Below, piece by piece: positions 36,904 through 46,700 of a stretch of DNA of 64,000 nt. Origin of the DNA: Antechinus flavipes (lineage: Eukaryota); assembly GCF_016432865.1 (NCBI RefSeq), contig NC_067400.1, forward strand, positions 582,552,001 to 582,616,000. The letters are read 5' to 3'. The translations under genes were made by a program, and so were the position numbers. The notes under the pieces are model-generated. The model was not told where the DNA came from. It made no database searches and worked only from the letters and a program-made list of their open reading frames with translations. Each line of letters starts with the position of its first letter. Positions within the stretch are counted from its first letter, which is position 1.

Positions 36904-37893
36904 ATCATTTCTGAATAAATTAAATCAAAGGGGATGATGGGATAATATCTTTTTAAATGTCTAAACAACAAAAGATTTGTAATTCTGAAAGGGAAATCCA
37001 CTCATCAGATTGCCAAAGTTGACAAATAAGAATAATGACAACTTCTGTAGGGACTTCTGGAAAACAAATATATTGAAGCATTGATGGTACAGTGACTTGG
37101 TTTAGACATCTAAAGAGGAACCTTAGAATTCAGGATGTCAGAGTGGGAAGGCCCTTAAAACATAGGCGGTCAGAACTGGGAGGGCCCTTAGAACCCAGGA
37201 TGTCAGAGCTGGGAGGGCCCTTAGGATACAGGATGTCAGAGCTAGGAGGGCCCTTAAAACATAGGTCAGACCTGGGAGGGACATTAGAACCTGGAATGTC
37301 AGAGCTGGGAAGACCCTTAGGATACAAGATGTCAGAGCTGGGAGGGCCCTTAGAGCCCAGGATGTCAGAGCTGGGAGGGCCCTTAGAACCTAGGAGGTCA
37401 GAGCTGAGAAGGCCTTTAAGGACATAAGATTCAGAGCTGGGATAGAGCTTAGAATTTAGAGCTTAGAATAGAGAATGTCAGAGTGGGGAGGGGCCCTTAA
37501 GACATGCTGAAGGGATCCTTAGAACTCAGGATGTCATTCTTTGACACTGACCTCTAATTAAACTATTAACATTAATAATAAAATGACTAATCATCCAGAA
37601 AATGTCTCTCAAACTTTTTAAATGTCGCAGTGTTAAAAGTAAAACAAGGTAACCATGTCCTGTAGCACCACATAAAAAAGTAACCAGTCACCCTTTACCA
37701 GGTTCCACATACAATATAAAAAGTAACTTCAGTCACCACTACAGCTTCCTCATACAGATAGTAGTTTCCTCTTGCTAATGCTAGTGGGCTTTCTGTTGCC
37801 TCATAATTGTAGACAGGACACACCTTTCAAACATCCACAAAGATCTGCTGCCTCATTCTGGCAAAGTTTACTGGACATGGGGATTGGAAGATC

Positions 37894-38796
37894 ATGGACT
37901 CCTGCCTTAAAATTATGGTATTTTCACTTTTTTCCATCTGCAATGAGGCATATCAAATAGATACTCTGCCCACCATTGAAAATGAAGATTTCATCAAAAA
38001 GTGTGTTGACAGTCATAACAAGTTTCGGTCACAAGTGACTCCCAAAGCCAGTAACATGATGCGTTTGAGCTGGGATACAGATTTGGCCTTCAGGGCTAAA
38101 AAATGTGCAGAAGAGTGTGAGTTTGAACATAACCCCGAACTGGAGCACCACAAAATGGTGCACCCTGCTTTTTCTTTAGTGGGAGAGAATCTCTGGATTG
38201 GCTCAATTGGAGCATTTTCTGAAAATTCTGCCGTCGAGATGTGGAATGATCAGGCAAAAAACTATGACTTCCAGAATAATAAATGTACTAGGGTATGTAG
38301 TCATTATACTCAGCTGGTCTGGGCAGATACTTATAAGATTGGCTGTGCAGTTCAGTATTGCCCCAAAGCAGACCACTCTATGCTTCCCGATGCAATAGTG
38401 TTTGTATGTACCTATGGACCAGGAGGCAATAATGATGTGCAGCCCTACAAGGAGGGAGAACCCTGCAGTGAGTGTCAAGAAGATACCTGTGTGGATCAGC
38501 TGTGTACAAATCCAAAGCGGGAGAAAGAGCCTCCAACTCGCTATCAAGAGGAAGATGGACATCACAAGGAAGATGTTGCACATCTCATTCCAGATGAGGT
38601 TGCAAGTCACAAGCCAGATGAAGATGCTGCAAGTCACAAGCCAGAAGGAATTGCTGCAAATCATAAGCCAGATACTGAAGAGACAACCAAAGGCACCCAG
38701 AAAGTTTCTCTTGTTTTAATCTTGGTGCCAATTTTTGCTGCACTGGCTATCATATTGATCATTGTGATAGTGATAAAGCGTTATTTCGCAAGGTAA
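37894..38796 (+). CDS. GLIPR1: GLIPR1-like copy 8 (class B), 300 aa, intact
   Basis: Complete ORF with CAP motifs, long stalk and TM. Confidence 0.92.
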   Translation: MDSCLKIMVFSLFSICNEAYQIDTLPTIENEDFIKKCVDSHNKFRSQVTPKASNMMRLSWDTDLAFRAKKCAEECEFEHNPELEHHKMVHPAFSLVGENLWIGSIGAFSENSAVEMWNDQAKNYDFQNNKCTRVCSHYTQLVWADTYKIGCAVQYCPKADHSMLPDAIVFVCTYGPGGNNDVQPYKEGEPCSECQEDTCVDQLCTNPKREKEPPTRYQEEDGHHKEDVAHLIPDEVASHKPDEDAASHKPEGIAANHKPDTEETTKGTQKVSLVLILVPIFAALAIILIIVIVIKRYFAR

Positions 38797-39591
38797 ATCA
38801 TTTCTCAATAAATTTAATCAAAAGGGATTGGGGGATAATGTCATTTTTTAAATGTCTAAACAACAAAAGATTTGTAGTTCAGAAAGGGAAATCCACTCAT
38901 CAGATTGCCAAAATTGACAAATAAGAATAATGACAAGTGCTATAGGAACTTCTGGAAAACAAATATAGTGAAGTGTTGATGGTACAGTGACTTGGTTCAG
39001 ACATCTAAAGAGGAACCTTATAACATGAAATGTCAGAACTGGGAGAGGATTTGGAATCCAGAATGTCAGAGGTGGGAGGGCCTTTAGAGCCCAGGATGTC
39101 AGAGCTGAGAGGGCCTTTAGAACAGAGGATGTCAGAGCTGAGAGGGCCCTTAGAACCCAGGAGGTCAGAGCTGGGAGGGCCCTTAGAATCCAGAATGTCA
39201 GAGCTGGGAGGGAGCTTAGAATACTGGATGTCAGAAGTAGGAAGGAACACAGAATGTCAGTCTTTGACATTCAAGAATTTCACTGACCTCTCATTAAAAT
39301 GCTAACATTAATAATAAAATGACTAATTATCCAGAAAATGATTCTCAAAGTTTTTTAAATTTCACAGTATTAAAAGTAAAACAAGGTAACTGTCCTGTTG
39401 TGTACCATATGAAAAAGCAACTTCAGTCACCGCTAACCAACTTCCACATACAACAGAGTAGTTTCCTCTTGCTAATGCTAGTGGACTTTCTGTTGCCTCA
39501 TAATTGTAGACAGGACACACCCTTCAAACATCCACAAAGATCTGCTGCCTCATTCTGGCAAGGTTTAATGGACACTGGAGTTTGGAAGATC

Positions 39592-40311
39592 ATGGATTTC
39601 TGCCTTAAAATAATGATATTTTCACTTTTTTCCATCTTCAACTGGGCATATAAAATGGATTCTCTGCCCACCATTGAAAATGAAGCTTTCATCAAAGAGT
39701 GTGTTGATCTTCATAACAAATTTCGGTCACAAGTGACCCCCAAAGCCAGTAACATGATGCATGTGAGCTGGGATGCAGATTTGGCCAAAGTTGCTAAAGA
39801 ATGGGCGCAGAAGTGTAAGTTTGAACATAACCCTGATCTGAATATCCCCCAAAAGTTGCACCCTACCTTCTCTGCAGTGGGAGAGAATCTCTGGATTGGC
39901 TCAATGGGAGCATTTTCTGAAAATTCTGCCATCAAAACATGGAATAATGAAGTAAAAAACTATAATTTCCAGAGTAAGAAATGTACTGGGGTATGTGGTC
40001 ATTATACTCAGGTGGTCTGGGCAGCTACTTACAAGATTGGCTGTGCAGTTCAATTTTGCCCCAAAATTGCACAGTCTTTCATTACCAATGGAGCAGTTTT
40101 TGTGTGTGACTGTGGACCAGCAGGAAATTATTATAATGTGCAGCCCTACAAGGAAGGAGAACCCTGCAGTGCCTGTAAAGAAGATACCTGTGTGGATCAG
40201 CTGTGTACAAATCCAAAGCGGGATGGAGAGGCTGCAAGTCCCAAGCCAAATGCTGAACAGCAAGCTAAAGACAAAAACTTTCTCTTCTTTTCATCTTGGT
40301 GCCAATTTTAG
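39592..40311 (+). CDS. GLIPR1: GLIPR1-like copy 9 (class A), 239 aa from the homologous ATG; frameshifted before the TM (soluble form, pseudogene or consensus error)
   Basis: CAP domain intact. The TM-coding sequence is out of frame (the tail IILIIVAKRHYAR ends at 40366 in another frame). The frame is also open upstream to ATG 39319. Confidence 0.55.
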   Translation: MDFCLKIMIFSLFSIFNWAYKMDSLPTIENEAFIKECVDLHNKFRSQVTPKASNMMHVSWDADLAKVAKEWAQKCKFEHNPDLNIPQKLHPTFSAVGENLWIGSMGAFSENSAIKTWNNEVKNYNFQSKKCTGVCGHYTQVVWAATYKIGCAVQFCPKIAQSFITNGAVFVCDCGPAGNYYNVQPYKEGEPCSACKEDTCVDQLCTNPKRDGEAASPKPNAEQQAKDKNFLFFSSWCQF

Positions 40312-43300
40312 TTTTATATTCACTATTATTCTGATCATTGTGGCAAAGCGTCATTATGCGAGGTAAATTATTTCTGAATAAATTTAATCAAAAGGAATTA
40401 TGGGATAATGTCATCTTTTAAAATGTCAAAACAAAAGATTTGTAATTCAGAAAAGGAAATCCAATTATCAGATTGCCAAAGCTGACAAATAGGGATAATG
40501 ACAACTGCTGTAGAGACATCTGGAAAACAAGTATATTGATGAAGTGTTGATGGTACAATGACTTGGTTCAGATTTCTGAAGAGGAACCTTAGAACTCAGG
40601 ATGTCAGGGCCGGGAGGGCCCTTAGAACCCAGGATGTCAGAAGTGGGAAGGCCCTTAGAACCCAGGATGTCAGAACTGGGAGGACCCTTAGAACACGGGA
40701 TGTCAGAGTTAGGAAGGTCCTTCAAACACAGAATGTCCAAGTCTTAGTCTTCCTTTAAGGTGAAAATGCTTTTCTTCAATAGCAATTTTATTCCAGTTGT
40801 GTTCCCAGAATCACAGAATTTTAGAACTCACAGGACTTTTTCATGGTCATATAGTGCAATCCCTACATGAAAGGAATCTGTATGACAACATACCTGAAAA
40901 GTGGACATTCAGCCTTGGCTGTCATGCAAGATGGCAATCTCTGAGAGGTAAGCCTCGGGAATCAGTTGGGGGACAGGAGAGAGTTTTGTAGTAGGTACAA
41001 GCAAGGATTACAGCCCATTACAAATGTGGAATCACCCTGGAGATTTTGTCTAAAGGATGTAGTCAGAAAAGTATATGGTATGGGGCGGGGAGGGAGAATT
41101 GGGAGGAGGTGCACAAGAGAGATAATAAATGGATAGTTGATGTGGTCTATTGGTATTCATGAAAGGTCAAGAGAATAAGGAGAAGGCCCTCATTTTGACT
41201 GGTAAACATTCAACAACCACCTCCCCAAAAAACTGGGAATGCTTATAAATTTCATCTGCATTAATATTTTCTCCGTCACTTTTTTTAAGTCTAGAAATTA
41301 GTGAAACAATAAATGAAGCTCTGACTTACAGTGTTTGCCAATTTTTTTTTGGGGGGGGGTGTCTAAATGCTCAAATTGAAAATTTAACAAGTGATTTTCA
41401 TGAACCTTTAAAACTGATTTTAGCAAACCCCAAGAAAAGTCTCCAAAATAATGGCTTTAAAAATATGATTTCAAAGTCATTATTTGCCTATTAAACTACT
41501 CCTCCCTTTTCTAACTACCTGAGTTACACCAGAATTTTCTCCATATATTTCAACATATTAAAACAGCTTAAGTACAGAAACAGATATGATACTCTAATTG
41601 TCATATATGAGGTCAAATATTAAAGACATTTGCAAAAATTAAAAAAGCAATGCCATTCTTTGCATTAATTTTTTGGGGAAAATTTTTTTTTAAAATATCT
41701 GTTACTATGCATTGAGATTATTGTCATTTTAATGAATTAATAAGTAATAACTTTAAATATATTAATCTAGTTAAAATTTAATGAATCAAATAGATATTTT
41801 TTAAATTCATATTTTTAATTTCATGTAGTAAATATTGATAGATATAACTCACACAAACAAAAAACTTTTGGAGGACTACAATCATTTTTAAAATAGAAAG
41901 GAGAACTGAGAAAAAGTTCATGATCTACTGTCCTAAATCACTGAAAAGTGGACATTCAGCCTTGGCTGTCATGCAAGATGGCAATTTCTTGGGTAACTCA
42001 GGAGCTTATCCCATTTATTATTATAAGAGCCAATTGTTAAATTTTCAGTATAAGGATTTACAACTCAGAAATCATCAAAATGCTACAAATCAAGGCCTGC
42101 TTTATTGTTTTATGGAGTGTCTAGATTTAACATAGTGATGGAAAAAATATAAGGCTGTTATTGTTATTAGTTCTCAGAGGACAGATGACATCACAAAGAT
42201 GATGTCTTGATTCTCTTCTGAATTGAGGCAGAGCAGTGCAAAGCTGTCAGCCTCACTCTTCCAGTGTTACCAAAGTGGTAAGACAAAAGTCACACTAAAG
42301 TTAAAACTGTGTTTTCCGAGACAGGAGGTAATGGTGCAGGATGGGCAGTCATGTAGAGGTTGTAATCTGCATTCCTGGAGGCAATCCACAATAATGAGAC
42401 CCCAGATCCATCAGAGCATTTGAGGATATGTTGGGAAAAAATAATCCCTGCCCTCAAGGAGTTTACTTTCTGTGGGGAAGATACAACAGTTAAACTGATA
42501 AATAGAAATAAGATAATTTTGGGAAGGGGAGCACTGCATTAGTCTTTTCCCCACAGAAAAGAAGGAATTGAGCAAACAAGACATGATCAGGCATTCAAAG
42601 TCAGTAAACATATGGTGATTAGATCCCAGGGATCCAACTAAATTCACAAGCTTTATCTCAAGATGCAGGGGAATGGCAAACTCCAATGGTACCCCCATCA
42701 CCTCCAAGATCAACAAAAGCCCTTCCTAATCTAGCCCTTTGCCACTTTTCCTTCTGTTATTTCCTTTTTATTCTGTATATAGAGTGGTTGTACATAGTAG
42801 TTTGCATGTTGTCTCCCACACACACATTGTGAGCTTTTTGAAGGCAAGAACTGTCTGCCTCTTTTTGTTTCCCCAGCACATAGTGGGTACTTAAATGTGT
42901 TTTTGTTTGGTTACTGGACAATAATGGAGTTCAAGGTGCTGGTCGTTATGGATTAAGTCTTTGGCAAAAAGGGTAGGGTTAAAAGGCTCAGTCAGTTGAG
43001 GAGACAGAAGGTCAAAAGTGGAACGTACTTACCTAAGCACTCCATAGGACTAAGTCAGGGTTGTAAGGTTTCTTAATTTGTTTTCTTTGTGTAAAAACAT
43101 AAGCCCATAAAGCACCTTTCTCTCAGTGATTAAGGGAAGGCATCTCTCTGCATCCCTACATCCGTATAAAGAGCAGCATCTTCCCAGAGCTGCCTAAGAG
43201 AAAATATTTCTAAATCTGTGAAACATACTTATAAAGCATCTCTTGTGTCCTACCAACCTAAGAACAGTCGCCCTTCTGTCCATGCATAAAAGAAAAGACC

Positions 43301-43479
43301 ATTTCCCACTTAGATAAGAGATAATTTCGCTCTACATCTTTGTGTATTAATACAAGAAAGCATCTTTCTATATTTGCATGAGATATAGTATCTTGCAGTC
43401 GTAGTAAAGAATGGAATCTTTCTCTGGATAAGAGAAGAGACGTATACATCTGCCTAAGAGAACATTTCATTCTATTTCT

Positions 43480-43745
43480 GACTCTGTACAGGCGAATGGT
43501 GCTTCCCACATGTTCATAGAAAGCATCTTTTAGCATCATATCATGACTGCCATTTGAACTTTTCTTGGCAAAGATACTGAAGTGGTTCCCCATTTCCTTC
43601 TCCCGCTTATTTTACAGATGAGGAAACTGAATGACATGACTCCATCAGGATCACACAACTAGTAAAAGTCTGAGAGAAGATTTGCATCCAGGAATTTAAA
43701 TCTTCCCCTCAGGCCTGGCACTCCATCCATAATACCATCCCTTGT
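43480..43745 (-). mobile_element. Marsupial CORE-SINE abutting the satellite
   Basis: TTTTCTTGGCAAAGATACTGAAGTGGTT...TTTTACAGATGAGGAAACTGA. Confidence 0.65.
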
Positions 43746-43749
43746 CGGT

Positions 43750-46700
43750 GACGCTCTCGCACTGCCTCGCTCTGGCACTCCCTTGCTCTCTCGCACTCGC
43801 ACTCGCTCATGCACTCGCTCTTGTACTCTCGCTCGCTCTCGCACTCGCACTCGCTCTCGTACTCTCGCTCTCTCTCTCGCACTCGCTCTCGTACTCTCGC
43901 TCTCTCTCTCGCACTCGCTCTCATACTCTCTCTCGCACTCTCTCGCACTCGCTCACGCACTCGCTCTCGTACTCTCTCTCGCTCTCTCTCTCGCACTCGC
44001 TCTCGTACTCTCGCTCTCTCTCTCGCACTCGCTCTCGTACTCTCGCTCTCTCTCTCGCACTCGCTCTCGTACTCTCGCTCTCTCTCGCACTCGCACTCGC
44101 ACTAGCTCACGCACTCACTCTCGTACTCTCGCTTTCTCTCGCACTCGCACTCGCTCTCGTACTCTCGCGCTCTCTCTCTCTTTCACGCACATGCTCTCGT
44201 ACTCTATCGCGCGCTCTCTCTCGCACTCGCTCTCGTACTCTCGCTCTCTCTCTCGCACTCGCTCTTGTACTCTCTCTCTCTCTCTCTCTCATTCGCTCAC
44301 GCACTCGCTCACGCACTCGCTCTCGTACTCTCTCTCTCACTCTCGTACTCTCTCTCACTCGCTCTCGCACTCGCTCACGCACTCGCTCTCATACTCTCTC
44401 GCACTCACTCGCACTCGCTCACGCACTCGCTCTCGTACTCTCTCTCGCACTCGCTCACGCACTCGCTCTCATACTCTCTCTCGCACTCTCTCGCACTCGC
44501 TCACGCACTCGCTCTCGCACTCTCGCACTCGCTCTCATACTCTCTCTCTCGCACTCGCTCTCGTACTCTCTCTCGCACTCGCTCACGCACTCGCTCTCGC
44601 ACTCTCGCACTCGCTCTCATACTCTCTCTCGCACTCTCTCGCACTCGCTCACGCACTCGCTCTCGCACTCTCGCACTCGCTCTCATACTCTCTCTCGCAC
44701 TCTCTCGCACTCGCTCACGCACTCGCTCTCGTACTCTCTCTCGCACTCGCTCACGCACTCGCTCTCGCACTCTCGCACTCGCTCACGCACTCGCTCTCGT
44801 ACTCTCTCTCGCTCTCTCTCTCGCACTCGCTCTCGTACTCTCGCTCTCTCTCTCGTACTCTCGCTCTCTCTCTCGCACTCGCTCTCGTACTCTCGCTCTC
44901 TCTCTCGCACTCGCTCTCGTACTCTCGCTCTCTCTCTCGCACTCGCTCTCGTACTCTCTCTCGCTCTCTCTCTCGCACTCGCTCTCGTACTCTCTCTCGC
45001 TCTCTCTCTCGCACTCGCTCTCGTACTCTCTCTCGCTCTCTCTCTCGCACTCGCTCTCGTACTCTCGCTCTCTCTCTCGCACTCGCTCTCGTACTCTCGC
45101 TCTCTCTCACGCACTCGCTCTCGTACTCTCGCTCTCTCTCTCGCACTCGCTCTCGTACTCTCGCTCTCTCTCTCGCACTCGCTCTCGTACTCTCTCTCGC
45201 TCTCTCTCTCGCACTCGCTCTCGTACTCTCGCTCTCTCTCTCGCACTCGTTCTCGTACTCTCGCTCTCGCACTCGCACTAGCTCACGCACTCACTCTCGT
45301 ACTCTCGCGCTCTCTCTCGCACTCGCTCATGCACTCGCTCTCGTACTCTCGCTTTCTCTCGCACTCGCACTCGCTCTCGTACTCTCGCGCTCTCTCTCTC
45401 TTTCACGCACATGCTCTCGTACTCTCTCGCGCGCTCTCTCTCGCACTCGCTCTCGTTCTCTCTCGCACTCGCTCTCGTACTCTCTCTCTCTCTCTCTCAT
45501 TCGCTCACGCACTCGCTCACGCACTCGCTCTCGTACTCTCTCGCACTCGCTCTCATACTCTCTCTCTCGCACTCACTCGCACTCGCTCTCATACTCTCTC
45601 TCTCGCACTCACTCGCACTCGCACTCGCTCACTCACTCGCTCTCGTACTCTCTCTCGCACTCGCTCACCCACTCGCTCTCGCACTCGCTCTCATACTCTC
45701 TCTCTCGCACTCGCACTCGCTCACCCACTCGCTCTCGCACTCGCTCTCTCGCACTCGCTCACCCACTCGCTCTCGCACTCGCTCTCATACTCTCTCTCTC
45801 GCACTCGCTCACCCACTCGCTCTCGCACTCGCTCTCATACTCTCTCTCTCGCACTCGCTCACCCACTCGCTCTCGCACTCGCTCTCTCGCACTCGCTCAC
45901 CCACTCGCTCTCGCACTCGCTCTCATACTCTCTCTCTCGCACTCGCACTCGCTCACCCACTCGCTCTCGCACTCGCTCTCATACTCTCTCTCGCACTCGC
46001 TCACCCACTCGCTCTCGCACTCGCTCTCATACTCTCTCTCTCGCACTCGCTCACGCACTCGCTCTCGCACTCTCGCACTCGCTCTCATACTCTCTCTCTC
46101 GCACTCACTCGCACTCGCTCACTCACTCGCTCTCGTACTCTCTCTCGCACTCGCTCACGCACTCGCTCTCGCACTCTCGCACTCGCTCTCATACTCTCTC
46201 TCGCACTCGCTCACGCACTCGCTCTCGCACTCTCGCACTCGCTCTCATACTCTCACGCACTCGCTCATGCACTCGCTCATGCACTCGCTCTCGTACTCTC
46301 GCGCTCTCGCTCTCGCACTCGCTCTCATACTCTCTCGCACTCGCTCATGCACTCGCTCATGCACTCGCTCTCGTACTCTCTCTCGCACTCGCTCTCTCTC
46401 GCACTCACTCTCGTACTCTCTCTCGCACTCGTTCTCGTACTCTCGCGCTCTCTCTCTCACTCGCTCTCGTACTCTCTCTCTCACTCGCTCTCGCACTCGC
46501 TCTCATACTCTCTCTCTCACTCGCTTACGCACTCGCTCATGCACTCGCTCTCGTACTCTCTCTCGCACTCTCTCTCTCGCACTCGCTCATACACTCGCTC
46601 TCGTACTCTCTCTCGCTCTCTCTCTCGCACTCGCTCTCGTACTCTCTCTCTCTCGCTCTCTCTCTCGCACTCGCTCTCGTACTCTCTCTCGCTCTCTCTC

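Larger units (their letters stand above)
24780..40740 (+). repeat. Tandem segmental array of nine ~1.5-1.8-kb cassettes (minisatellite + ~330-bp leader + intronless GLIPR1-like ORF + ~220-bp trailer)
   Basis: Near-identical leader (CATTAATAATAAAATGACTAATCATCCAGAAA...) and trailer (AACAAAAGATTTGTA...GACATCTAAAGAGGAACC) recur nine times. Confidence 0.97.

Noticed and set aside
37092-39305. ORFs with (MSELGGPLEPR)n repeats, also at 60422-60823
   Set aside because: Translation of the 33-bp (11-codon) minisatellite, with no independent coding evidence.
25324-40366. Recurrent antisense and alternative-frame ORFs (60-150 aa) over each GLIPR1-like copy
   Set aside because: Shadows of the real ORF, repeated only because the cassette is duplicated. 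Their lengths and stops vary between copies.
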